Assembly (NCBI GenBank): GCA_945787125.1
Contig: CALZHW010000004.1
Span: 3,139 to 63,451, forward strand
Reading direction: 5' to 3'
Source: an uncultured Ectothiorhodospiraceae bacterium
GTDB taxonomy: Bacteria; Pseudomonadota; Gammaproteobacteria; S012-40
Length of the DNA: 60,313 bases
Part shown: positions 17,828-25,886 of the stretch, in pieces
How positions within the stretch are numbered: the first letter of the stretch is position 1
How the letters are laid out: each line of letters starts with the position of its first letter
Program-made: the position numbers and the translations under genes
Notes under the pieces: model-generated
Seen by the model: only the letters and a program-made list of their open reading frames with translations
Databases searched by the model: none
What the model was told of the DNA's origin: nothing

Positions 17828-18457
17828 ATGAAAAAAAAATCTCAACCTTTAAAGTCAGGTGAAAAAATACTATTCATAGTTTTCGGCGTATTTTTTGTTC
17901 TCGCAACGATTGCTTATGTTGGGCTCGAAACAGTTCGATTGAATTCCGATGAGCCTATGTTTGAGCAAACAACATTTTTTGATTTTTCTGAAGAAGGGAA
18001 GAAAGGATCGGAATTGTATCGCAAGGCACGATGTAATTCTTGTCACCGCGCCTTAAGGTCGGGTACCAGCATGGGGTTGATATTGGACGGAATTGGCTCA
18101 AAGCGCTCCGTCGAGTGGCTGGAGGCATTTATTTTAAATCCTGAAGCAACCTATGGTCATGAAACGCTGGATCATGGACCGTCACCGAAAGAAGCGGCCT
18201 ACGCGATGAAGATGCCGCGAGAAGATATTACGCGGATAGCAATATTTTTATCAGAACTCAAGGCCGATCCAGGATCCTCCGTATCCAAAATGCCACCACC
18301 AGAGCACTCAGTGTTTATTGATAGCATGGTTAAAATGTGGGCACCTGCAGAGTGGAAAGAAAAATACACTGATATTCGAGATAGAAAGCCTGAAGAAGAG
18401 GCAGTAAATGTTGAACAAGAGCAAATAAAATCAGAAGGGGATCTGGTCAATGAGTGA
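17828..18457 (+). CDS. membrane-anchored monoheme cytochrome c, FixO/CcoO-like
   Basis: 209 aa with an N-terminal TM and one CNSCH. GSELYRKARCNSCH ... GLILDGIGSKRSVEWLEAFILNPE parallels the CcoO pattern G..(I/L)Y..(E/A).C..CH ... GPDL..(V/I)G.(R/K).S.EW....L.NP. Confidence 0.65.
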   Translation: MKKKSQPLKSGEKILFIVFGVFFVLATIAYVGLETVRLNSDEPMFEQTTFFDFSEEGKKGSELYRKARCNSCHRALRSGTSMGLILDGIGSKRSVEWLEAFILNPEATYGHETLDHGPSPKEAAYAMKMPREDITRIAIFLSELKADPGSSVSKMPPPEHSVFIDSMVKMWAPAEWKEKYTDIRDRKPEEEAVNVEQEQIKSEGDLVNE

Positions 18458-18992
18458 TGTAGTTGTGCCGGCATGGCGTCATGAAAAAGAATTGATATAT
18501 AAGAAATATACTTTGTGGTTTATTTATGCGTGCATAATTTACAGTCTTATCGGATTTTCTTGGGGCGCGATTATGGGCGGAATTACCGAACTCCGTCATT
18601 TTGTTGATCATCGCTTGCATGGAGACTTAATTGTAAGGGGTCATACCCACATTAACCTTCTAGGTTGGGTGGAAATGGCAATATTCGGCGCAGTTTATTA
18701 TATTATTCCTCGCTTGGTAAACCGGCCTATCTATAGTCTAAAGCTAGTTATTGTGCACTTCTGGATTCATAATATTGGTTTGATTGGAATGGTCGTGTTC
18801 TTTGTCATGGCCGGCACAATGGGTGGTATGGCTAGTGTTAACTCATCTCCACAGGATGTGGAGAGCATAGTGCAGCCCTTGCTCGCTACGATGGGGATAT
18901 TCGGCACCATGGTATTGCTAGCTAATTGCATTTGGGCGTACAATCTCTTTAAAACGTGTGCGAATTGGGAGAAAAATTATGCGACTAACTAA
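18450..18992 (+). CDS. four-TM mini heme-copper-oxidase subunit-I-like protein (CcoN helix VI-VII-like fragment)
   Basis: 180 aa. RGHTHINLLGWVEMAIFGAVYYIIPRLVNRPIYSLKLVIVHFWIHNIG aligns residue for residue with FWFAHNVLGLWITPVAAAIAYYTIPKLTGNPLYSHRIGHLHFWSII of the full-length CcoN-like gene at 20918. Overlaps the preceding cytochrome gene by 8 nt. Confidence 0.6.
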   Translation: MSDVVVPAWRHEKELIYKKYTLWFIYACIIYSLIGFSWGAIMGGITELRHFVDHRLHGDLIVRGHTHINLLGWVEMAIFGAVYYIIPRLVNRPIYSLKLVIVHFWIHNIGLIGMVVFFVMAGTMGGMASVNSSPQDVESIVQPLLATMGIFGTMVLLANCIWAYNLFKTCANWEKNYATN

Positions 18993-19485
18993 GTTGCTAA
19001 TTCTAGCGGCGTTCAGTTTGACTACAGTAAGCATCAGTGGTTGTTTTGCCCCCGAAGGTGTGCTTAAGATTGGTGCTGTTGCACCACCCATAAAAACCCG
19101 TTCATTGCGAGATGTCGGTGGTGATATGTCGCGCCTAACAAGTTATCGTTATCCTGATGAAAGAATGTACCGTTACTCTATAGACGAAGCGGTAACTATG
19201 GGGAAGACAGTTTTACTGGAATTCGCGACGCCTGGGCATTGCACGGTATGTGATAAGCAGTTGCAAATGCTAAAAGCCATGGTGACCAAGTACTCGGGTG
19301 ATGTGCTATTTTTACATATGGATCAATATATGAACCCGCAGGCGTTTAAGGCGTTTCGTGTAAAGGGGGATCCCTGGACATTTATCATCGATAAAGATGG
19401 GATCGTGCAATTCAAACAAGCTGGTCGAATTTTGTATGGCGAATTGGATCATCATTTAGCGAAAGTAATAAATGCAAAAAGTTAA
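18979..19485 (+). CDS. TlpA/ResA-like thioredoxin-fold lipoprotein (thiol-disulfide oxidoreductase)
   Basis: Lipobox SISGC. Thioredoxin-type LLEFATPGHCTVCDKQ (CxxC). ATG 7 nt after GGGAG. The listed ORF begins at an upstream alternative start. Confidence 0.65.
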   Translation: MRLTKLLILAAFSLTTVSISGCFAPEGVLKIGAVAPPIKTRSLRDVGGDMSRLTSYRYPDERMYRYSIDEAVTMGKTVLLEFATPGHCTVCDKQLQMLKAMVTKYSGDVLFLHMDQYMNPQAFKAFRVKGDPWTFIIDKDGIVQFKQAGRILYGELDHHLAKVINAKS

Positions 19486-19487
19486 TT

Positions 19488-19943
19488 ATGGCAAAAGAAT
19501 TCGAATACATACTTCATAAAGATAAAAAAGGCACGATGTGGGATTTGCTTTTGTATATTCCGACAACAATTGCACTTGCCGTCGTTGCTTCAAAGATGTG
19601 GTACGCTGGCAACGAGGGGCTGAGTTATCTTCTAGTGTTTTTAACCACGTTTATTGTGCTGATCGCTTTTAACCGAATTGCCAAGACCCGGCTAATGCTT
19701 ATTCCTAGTTCGCCGGTAAGTCTAAATGTCTCTAAGCAGGGCGTGGCATTAACATTGAGAAGCGGTAATGTGATCGAGTTGGTGAAGGATATAAGGTTTT
19801 TTACTGACTTTGCAGGGCGAAGTTACGGCTTGTCGGGTTTTGACTTGTCAGGCAGCAAGCAGCAGTTTGTTTTCCATAAGGGGCAGTTTGCCTCGGATAC
19901 AGAGTTTGATGGTTCTAAAGCGCAATTAAGAGTGTTTAAGTAA
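19488..19943 (+). CDS. two-TM membrane protein with C-terminal soluble (bPH-like?) domain
   Basis: 151 aa. Starts 2 nt after the previous stop. Hydrophobic hairpin at residues ~20-65. No recognisable catalytic motif. Confidence 0.45.
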   Translation: MAKEFEYILHKDKKGTMWDLLLYIPTTIALAVVASKMWYAGNEGLSYLLVFLTTFIVLIAFNRIAKTRLMLIPSSPVSLNVSKQGVALTLRSGNVIELVKDIRFFTDFAGRSYGLSGFDLSGSKQQFVFHKGQFASDTEFDGSKAQLRVFK

Positions 19944-19949
19944 TGCAAT

Positions 19950-19983
19950 AAAGGAAGGGTTATTTTAGTCCCTTCCTTTTTTT
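19950..19983. terminator. bidirectional rho-independent terminator
   Basis: AAAGGAAGGG-ttattttagt-CCCTTCCTTT followed by TTTT. Lies between convergent genes and overlaps the last codons of the minus-strand gene. Confidence 0.7.
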
Positions 19984-20157
19984 AACGATATCCAAACCTA
20001 GAAAAAACAAACCTATGGCCCAGGCTATAGTTACCCCAACTTGAATTTTAAATTTCAAGTCATCTTCTATGAGTCCGTCAAGAAACATATGTGGCGTATA
20101 AGATATCATCAACAATGATGATACTGCTATTAACAAATAAACAAGTGTTTCTTTCAT
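19960..20157 (-). CDS. small two-TM membrane protein (65 aa)
   Basis: ATG at 20157 preceded by GCAGGGGGA. Translation: MKETLVYLLIAVSSLLMISYTPHMFLDG...VGVTIAWAIGLFFLGLDIVKKRKGLK. Confidence 0.45.
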   Translation of the reverse strand: MKETLVYLLIAVSSLLMISYTPHMFLDGLIEDDLKFKIQVGVTIAWAIGLFFLGLDIVKKRKGLK

Positions 20158-20457
20158 GTTTCCCCCTGCATTGTATTTTATCTTTTTCAATTCTAACAAT
20201 TTAGTTTACTAAAATAACAGTAGATTAATACCAAATTGTTTTTAAAGCTCTTCGAAATACAGCTAAATAATTCTTGATTTAGAAAAATACTCAGGCGCTA
20301 GAAAAGTTTTTTTACTTTAGTCTTGACGACAACTCATGTGTGTGTCAGGATTTCCCAGTTTCTATGACATTTCCTTTAAGGCAAACGCTTTAATTAGGTG
20401 AATATTTGAAGAAACTTTTTTTTGGGATGTGGGTATAAACTCACTTTGGAGGGAAAA

Positions 20458-20748
20458 ATGAAAAATAAGCTAACGCTTGGGAAAACTTTTTGGGTTCTTC
20501 TAATTGCCGCATTTACCACAGGTATGGGTAATGGTAGTGTATTTGGTGCCGCAGTAATGTGTGCAGTAGGTCGCGGACCATACGAAAGCTGGGGTGGATG
20601 GGGAATGGAGTCATATGACCCAACAACTTTTTCTGGTTTTGTAGATTGGATGATGTTTGTGTTTGGTCTTGCTTTCGCTATCATCACAGGTTTGGCTATG
20701 GGCAAACATGGTGAGCTCGAAGCACGTGGCGATAACACAACCTGGTAG
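20458..20748 (+). CDS. two-TM membrane protein (96 aa), first gene of the ccoN-like operon
   Basis: ATG preceded by TGGAGGG. Translation: MKNKLTLGKTFWVLLIAAFTTGMGNGSVFGAAVM...FVDWMMFVFGLAFAIITGLAMG. Confidence 0.55.
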   Translation: MKNKLTLGKTFWVLLIAAFTTGMGNGSVFGAAVMCAVGRGPYESWGGWGMESYDPTTFSGFVDWMMFVFGLAFAIITGLAMGKHGELEARGDNTTW

Positions 20749-20773
20749 ACATTATGAAAGAGGGGGATAATTT

Positions 20774-20866
20774 ATGTTGGCTACAATTGCAGGAACATTC
20801 GGAATTATCTTGGCATTCTCAAGTATGTGGATGTCTTGGTATCTATTGAATAAGATGAACGAATGA
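20774..20866 (+). CDS. 30-aa single-TM peptide, not in the ORF track
   Basis: AGAGGGGG lies 7 nt upstream of the ATG. Translation: MLATIAGTFGIILAFSSMWMSWYLLNKMNE. Sits immediately before the ccoN-like gene. Confidence 0.4.
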   Translation: MLATIAGTFGIILAFSSMWMSWYLLNKMNE

Positions 20867-20917
20867 TTTGTAATCTTATATTTTCTGGGGTTAAATTTAA
20901 CTGGGAGGTGAAGTTTC

Positions 20918-22327
20918 ATGTTGATGAAATATCTCTTCGCCAAGAATGAAGAAATTCCTGCTGGATCGGCAACGATCTTTTTTGGTTTTTCATCCATTTT
21001 TTGGTTTGTAGTAGGGACTGGTTTAGGTTCTTTTAATGCGGCAAAGCTTGCTTTTCCTGACTGGGTAACCGGTACTGAGCTTTTCGCTTTTGGTCACATG
21101 CGTCAAGTGCATGTTTTGGCAGTTATTCTGGGCTGGATTTCAATGGCATTTGGTATGACCATGATGTACATGACTCCCGCCTTAGGTAACACTAAGTTAT
21201 GGTCCGAGAAATTGGGTCTTTGGACAGTGTTCATGTGGAACGTTGGTCTTAGCTTGGGTCTAACACTATTATGGATGGGTATCACATCTGGTCGTGAGTA
21301 TAGCGATCTTATCTGGCCAATCGATTTAGTCGTTATATTCGGCGTATTGTTACCTTTGGGTATCAACGTATGGATGACCATTTCGCATCGTAAAACTCAA
21401 GGTATATACATCACCAACTGGTTCTTTGGTGCTTGTATCTTCATGCTCATGATCGTTTTCTTTGTCGGTAATTCACCAGAATTATTTAATCTGACCGGTC
21501 TGACTGAGGCGTATCTAACGTTTTGGTTTGCTCATAACGTATTGGGATTGTGGATAACGCCAGTTGCAGCAGCAATTGCTTACTACACGATTCCAAAACT
21601 GACGGGTAACCCACTATACTCTCACCGTATTGGACATCTGCATTTCTGGTCTATCATCGCTTTCTATTCAACTCCTGCTTCGCATCACTTAATGTCTGCG
21701 CCATTGCCTGAGTGGTTGAAGTCTTTTGCTTCAGTAGAAGGTGTTTTGATCTTGATCCCAGCAGTGGCATTCGTTGCTAACATTTTGTTAACAATGAAAG
21801 GCAAGTGGAGCTTGTTTGTAGAGAATATTGAAACTAAATTCTCTATTACCGGTGTTCTACTCGCAATTCCATTGAATATGCAAGGTGGATTCCAGCAAAC
21901 ACGTGCGATTAACTGGTATGTTCATGGAACAGGCTGGATAGTTGCTCACGCTCACTTGGCACTGTTAGGAATGTCTAGCTTCTTGGAAGCCGCAGCCGTT
22001 TACTTTGGTTTGCAGCAAATGTTGAGAAGAAAGCTTTATTCTTTAACCTTAGCTAACTTGCATTACTGGTTCTTTATAATCGGTTTCTGCACATACTGGA
22101 TTTCAATGACAATTGCCGGCCTTATGCAGGGTGCAGGTAAAATCTATGAAGTACCTTATATCGACGTAGTTGTAGCAGAGCATCCATACATGATCGCTCG
22201 CTGGGCCGGCGGTACAATGGTATTCACTGGTAATGTGATCTGGTTATACAACATGTGGATGACAGCTCGCGAAGGAACTATTGTTCCATCTGGCCGTTAC
22301 GCACACGAGTTGGCTTACGAGCGTTAA
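20918..22327 (+). CDS. ccoN: C-family (cbb3-type) heme-copper oxidase subunit I, divergent CcoN
   Basis: 469 aa, ~12 TM, collinear with CcoN. Motifs: MRQVHVLAV (helix II heme His), REYSDLIWPID, GIYITNWFFG, FWFAHNVLG (helix VI CuB His), YYTIPKLTGNPLYSHRIGHLHFW, FYSTPASHHLMSAPLPEW (Tyr six residues before the HH CuB pair) and IVAHAHLALLG (HxH heme ligands). GGGAGGTG lies 7 nt upstream. Confidence 0.85.
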   Translation: MLMKYLFAKNEEIPAGSATIFFGFSSIFWFVVGTGLGSFNAAKLAFPDWVTGTELFAFGHMRQVHVLAVILGWISMAFGMTMMYMTPALGNTKLWSEKLGLWTVFMWNVGLSLGLTLLWMGITSGREYSDLIWPIDLVVIFGVLLPLGINVWMTISHRKTQGIYITNWFFGACIFMLMIVFFVGNSPELFNLTGLTEAYLTFWFAHNVLGLWITPVAAAIAYYTIPKLTGNPLYSHRIGHLHFWSIIAFYSTPASHHLMSAPLPEWLKSFASVEGVLILIPAVAFVANILLTMKGKWSLFVENIETKFSITGVLLAIPLNMQGGFQQTRAINWYVHGTGWIVAHAHLALLGMSSFLEAAAVYFGLQQMLRRKLYSLTLANLHYWFFIIGFCTYWISMTIAGLMQGAGKIYEVPYIDVVVAEHPYMIARWAGGTMVFTGNVIWLYNMWMTAREGTIVPSGRYAHELAYER

Positions 22328-22420
22328 GATAAACGTTTTGTAAAACAATATAGTAATTAACTTCTTCTTATCTTCGGGAGTTGTCCCGGAGATAAGAAGG
22401 TTAGGGAGGAGGAATTACAA

Positions 22421-23377
22421 ATGGCCTTTCAAAGATATAAATTCGGTGCAGCAGGCATCGGTTTAATGTTTGGCTTTTCAATGTCAATTACACTTTTTGG
22501 CCCAGCCAATGACTTCCGCTCAGGAGTGTCAACTTGGGTAGGTTTGGATAAGCAATTGTCATTGGGTCGAGTAATCGGATTTTCTTATGAGGATCCTTTG
22601 GTTATAGGTGATGGCAAACCCATTGTCGTTATTTTAGATAAAGATCCAAAGACTGGCGCAGCGATTGATCCACCACAGCGTGCCTATGTCTATTCGGCAG
22701 GAATCAAGTTCTCTCCAGGTGTTAATCACCCAGAGTTGCTTGGTCCAGGTGTGCGGGATTTGAGTGAAGGCAAAGGTCAAATTGCACAAGCAAATATGGC
22801 TACTGGCGCAGTATTCACTATTGGTAAAGACGAGTTCAATGGTGAAGAGCTCGACTATATAGTAAATGCGACGGCAGTTAGTGGTTGGACTCCAGCAGAA
22901 GTCTTATCAGCAGCAGGCGATGAAAATATGCGCTATGTTGGTAAGGGCAAGACAATCTACATTACTGAAGGTTGCTGGTGGTGTCACACGTTATTGCCAG
23001 AGCAAACGCAAGATTGGCAGTTTTTTGGCGCACCCCCGTTCTTAGGTGATATGAATGGTGAGATGCCAACAGCTTTCGGTTCAGACCGAAAAGCACCTGA
23101 CTTGTTGCATGTAGCTTCTCGCAATTCTTCTCGTGAATGGATGACCATGCACTTCTTTAATCCACGCTTGGTGCAGCCAAATTCAATCATGCCACGCTTT
23201 GATTATCTTTGGGGTAAAAAAGACGCTAGTGGGAATACCATTGATTTTAAAAAATGGCGTGCCGATTACACAGCGTACGTAAATGGCAAAACCATTTACC
23301 CACCTGAAGTTCCAGAGCCAGCGCGCACAGCTGAAGTTCGTGCGTTGATTGACTGGGTATTAACATCACTACGATAG
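22421..23377 (+). CDS. ccoO: CcoO/FixO-like monoheme cytochrome c subunit with ~110-aa insertion
   Basis: 318 aa with an N-terminal TM anchor and a single CWWCH. GKTIYITEGCWWCH ... GSDRKAPDLLHVASRNSSREWMTMHFFNPRLVQPNSIMPRF is collinear with CcoO. About 175 residues precede the heme motif, against ~65 in canonical CcoO. Confidence 0.8.
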   Translation: MAFQRYKFGAAGIGLMFGFSMSITLFGPANDFRSGVSTWVGLDKQLSLGRVIGFSYEDPLVIGDGKPIVVILDKDPKTGAAIDPPQRAYVYSAGIKFSPGVNHPELLGPGVRDLSEGKGQIAQANMATGAVFTIGKDEFNGEELDYIVNATAVSGWTPAEVLSAAGDENMRYVGKGKTIYITEGCWWCHTLLPEQTQDWQFFGAPPFLGDMNGEMPTAFGSDRKAPDLLHVASRNSSREWMTMHFFNPRLVQPNSIMPRFDYLWGKKDASGNTIDFKKWRADYTAYVNGKTIYPPEVPEPARTAEVRALIDWVLTSLR

Positions 23378-23389
23378 GGGATTAGTATA

Positions 23390-24028
23390 ATGGGATGGAA
23401 ATTTGATCAACCTCTCTATTGCCTCTCTGATGAGCAAGAGCAAAAAGAGACACTCGAGTTGTGGGAAAAACAAAAGTTTGGTGGATTATCGTCAGGCAAT
23501 AATCGCTTGCCTTTCCCTCTAACCTTTTTGATTGCATTAATTGTAATGACAGCGTTCCTTGTAACTATGCCTATTTGGGGTCAACGCCCTAATGCGCAAA
23601 TTTACACGAGTTTCGTTGCAGCAATGGATGATCCTCAAGTGCAGCAGCTTGCTACACCTGAAGAGAAGATTGCCTATGTTACTCAGCAAGCAATGGCTCA
23701 GGCTGATGGTGTTCTTCAAGGTGCAATTGAAAGACACCCATTGGCGTGGGATGATCTTTTGAATATTGCGCCGCAAATCAAAGAGCTACAAGCTAGCGGT
23801 AGTAAGTATTCTTTGGATAACTACAATGTGGTGGGTGATCGTATTGCGCTTGCCAATTTTGAAGGAAACTTTGTTGAAGGTGGTCATAGAGAGCGTAAAC
23901 AGCCTTGGTGGGATAAAGGTTACACCATTGACGTTTTTTATGTAGCTTACTTCATGATAGCCATAGTATTAATCACTAAGCAGCTTCCACATTTTTCACG
24001 GAAGCCTGACATGTCTAATGCTAAATAA
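23390..24028 (+). CDS. heme-less FixP-N-terminal-like membrane protein (two TM)
   Basis: 212 aa. NRLPFPLTFLIALIVMTAFLVTMPIWGQRP resembles the CcoP N-terminal motif (LPxWWxxxFxxTIxFxxxYxxxYP). No CxxCH. Second TM near the C-terminus. Confidence 0.5.
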   Translation: MGWKFDQPLYCLSDEQEQKETLELWEKQKFGGLSSGNNRLPFPLTFLIALIVMTAFLVTMPIWGQRPNAQIYTSFVAAMDDPQVQQLATPEEKIAYVTQQAMAQADGVLQGAIERHPLAWDDLLNIAPQIKELQASGSKYSLDNYNVVGDRIALANFEGNFVEGGHRERKQPWWDKGYTIDVFYVAYFMIAIVLITKQLPHFSRKPDMSNAK

Positions 24029-24042
24029 TTGGGAGATATCGA

Positions 24043-24189
24043 ATGATTGATTTAGATTACGGCCCTGGTGTGTTCGCTTTGTGGATTGCGGTAACAATAA
24101 TTTGCCCTGCAATATATGGCATCTTTTTTGTTGATGCAAACTGGGAAAAGCACAAAGATGAAGACTCTTCTGAAGACGTTTTTAACTAA
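24043..24189 (+). CDS. 48-aa single-TM peptide (CcoQ-position), not in the ORF track
   Basis: GGGAG lies 7 nt upstream. Translation: MIDLDYGPGVFALWIAVTIICPAIYGIFFVDANWEKHKDEDSSEDVFN. Last ORF before the terminator. Confidence 0.45.
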   Translation: MIDLDYGPGVFALWIAVTIICPAIYGIFFVDANWEKHKDEDSSEDVFN

Positions 24190-24211
24190 TCATTAGTTTC
24201 ATCGAGTAAGG

Positions 24212-24240
24212 AAAGCCGCTCTTTTTAGAGCGGCTTTTTT
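24212..24240 (+). terminator. rho-independent terminator closing the ccoN-like operon
   Basis: GCCGCTCT-tttt-AGAGCGGC followed by TTTTTT. Confidence 0.85.
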
Positions 24241-24296
24241 GATTAATTTATAGTAGACTATTTGTCTGTAATTTGAGTCAGAGTTTATTGAACAAA

Positions 24297-24623
24297 ATGT
24301 TAGATATAATATCCAATGTGATTGAGCTTATCTTTTCAAATGCACTCGGCTACATACCGCAGCTATTGGCAGAAGGTAATAAATATGTATTTGGGCTTGA
24401 CATGAGTATTGATAGTCTCAGGTCAAGGGAATTTAGTGTATATATCTTTATATTTTTAATATTGTCGCTTATTTTATTTTGCTACATTATTTACTTGTAC
24501 TTACCCAAAAAACTATCTTCGTTGAAAACCGGAGAAAAAGTTATGTTTGGTGCACTGATATTTGGTGTTATAGCAGCTGTGATCATGGGATACATACAAT
24601 TGATTGAAGGCTATCTAATTTAG
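24297..24623 (+). CDS. membrane protein (about 108 aa, two C-terminal TMs)
   Basis: ORF 24273..24623, with the first ATG at 24297. Contains FSVYIFIFLILSLILFCYIIYLYL and MFGALIFGVIAAVIMGYIQLI. The start is uncertain. Confidence 0.4.
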   Translation: MLDIISNVIELIFSNALGYIPQLLAEGNKYVFGLDMSIDSLRSREFSVYIFIFLILSLILFCYIIYLYLPKKLSSLKTGEKVMFGALIFGVIAAVIMGYIQLIEGYLI

Positions 24624-24643
24624 ATTTAGGTTGAGGAGTTACA

Positions 24644-24925
24644 ATGATCGAGTGGATTGAGAGTTTACCAGATGGATGGACGATATATTTGTGGCTGGTT
24701 GTAGCAGCTATGATTTTAGTTGGCGCCGGTTTTATGCTTCGCTGGGCAGCCAAAAACGACCAATTTGACGAAGATATCAAATACGTGATATTTGACGCCG
24801 ATGATAAAGATAAAATGGAGCCCGAAGAATACGCGAAGTATGAGGAAGTCATGAAAGATCAAACGAGTGCGCGTAAAAAATTCTTGTCAGAGAAAGCTGC
24901 AGAAACTAAAGCAAATAAAAAATAA
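24644..24925 (+). CDS. ccoS: CcoS/FixS-like cbb3 oxidase maturation protein with extended acidic/basic tail
   Basis: Single TM followed by LRWAAKNDQFDEDIKYVIFDADDKD, matching the FixS signature W.(A/L).(K/R)(S/N)(G/D)Q(F/Y)D(D/E) ... I(L/F).DD. 93 aa, longer than typical. Confidence 0.65.
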   Translation: MIEWIESLPDGWTIYLWLVVAAMILVGAGFMLRWAAKNDQFDEDIKYVIFDADDKDKMEPEEYAKYEEVMKDQTSARKKFLSEKAAETKANKK

Positions 24926-24927
24926 AT

Positions 24928-25419
24928 ATGCGAAAAGGCGAAAAAATCATAGTTGTTGCGATGCTGGCATCGGTTGGGTTACTGGCCTGGATGAAAGAAA
25001 AAAAATCATCAATTGATGATGACAATCTAGACGTACCATTTTATTCAACAGCGACCAAGGAGGTAACTGATCGGGCAGCAAAGACAATGCATGATATAGG
25101 CTGTCGAAAATGTCATAGCTTATGGGGTGTGCGTGATTTATCACAAGCGGTTCCTGCGCCGGCATTAGACGGAATGGGCATGTTTCGAGATGAGGAATGG
25201 CTTTATACCTATTTTTCAGCCGAAAATCCGCAAGAAATTTTACCTTCGCGATTGAAACCTGAATATCGCATGCCCTCTTTAGCCTCATTAAGTGAGGAAG
25301 AAAGACGAAATCTAGCAAATTACATGGCTAACTTAAAACTGCATGACTGGTTTTTTCAAGAAGCCAAAGAGGCAAGATACGAAAAGTTAACCGGCAAGGA
25401 CTACCAGCCTGATGATTAA
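24928..25419 (+). CDS. membrane-anchored monoheme cytochrome c, FixO-like
   Basis: 163 aa with an N-terminal TM and one CRKCH. PAPALDGMGMFRDEEWLYTYFSAENPQEILPS...YRMPS parallels the CcoO C-terminal pattern. Confidence 0.65.
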   Translation: MRKGEKIIVVAMLASVGLLAWMKEKKSSIDDDNLDVPFYSTATKEVTDRAAKTMHDIGCRKCHSLWGVRDLSQAVPAPALDGMGMFRDEEWLYTYFSAENPQEILPSRLKPEYRMPSLASLSEEERRNLANYMANLKLHDWFFQEAKEARYEKLTGKDYQPDD

Positions 25420-25885
25420 TTTTGGTGGGATAAAGCTTATAGATGTCGCTTGGATGATTATGGCGATAGCCGTTGGGATAACTATCATCTATGTTGGGGA
25501 GAGAGTTTTAAATGTCCGATTAGCTGTATTTTACGGAATTGAAACATTTAATCCTCGGTGGGTCTTGGCGCTAATCGTTGTGCCACTATTTGCAGGCATG
25601 GTTATTTCATTTATATATGGTCTTGGTGGTAAAATGCTGGCTCATTTTGCACCAATACCTATTCAAATTTATCACTATATGCACCTGGATAGTATGATAT
25701 TGCCGGAGGGTGTTACGATGTTACCCGTTGGTTATTGGATTTTAATTTTAATTGTTGCAGTAGAGGCCGCAGCGGTTGGTGGTTTTATTGGTGAAGTCGT
25801 AATAAAAAGAACATATGGCCGACGCCCCAAGCATTTGGTGCATAAGCGTTATCGAACAAAAGAGATGAAAGAGTCAGAAAGCTAA
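25412..25885 (+). CDS. four-TM membrane protein
   Basis: 157 aa. Overlaps the previous gene by 8 nt. The loop contains IYHYMHLDSM (His/Met-rich). Basic C-terminus. Confidence 0.5.
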   Translation: MINFGGIKLIDVAWMIMAIAVGITIIYVGERVLNVRLAVFYGIETFNPRWVLALIVVPLFAGMVISFIYGLGGKMLAHFAPIPIQIYHYMHLDSMILPEGVTMLPVGYWILILIVAVEAAAVGGFIGEVVIKRTYGRRPKHLVHKRYRTKEMKESES

Positions 25886-25886
25886 T

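Noticed and set aside
20200-20457. FNR/Anr box upstream of the ccoN-like operon (TTGAT-N4-ATCAA is expected for cbb3 operons).
   Set aside because: Only a half-site is present (TTGATTTAGAAAAA at about 20274). A TTGACG hexamer at 20322 lacks a convincing -10 box at 17-bp spacing. No confident promoter or FNR call can be made by eye.
20918-22327. Possibility that the divergent subunit I is a nitric oxide reductase and not an oxidase.
   Set aside because: The active-site Tyr sits at the cbb3 spacing (six residues before the HH pair). All three CuB-type His and both heme-ligand positions are retained. I see no NorB-like HLWVEG glutamate cluster. Sequence alone therefore favours O2 reduction, but this is not proven.
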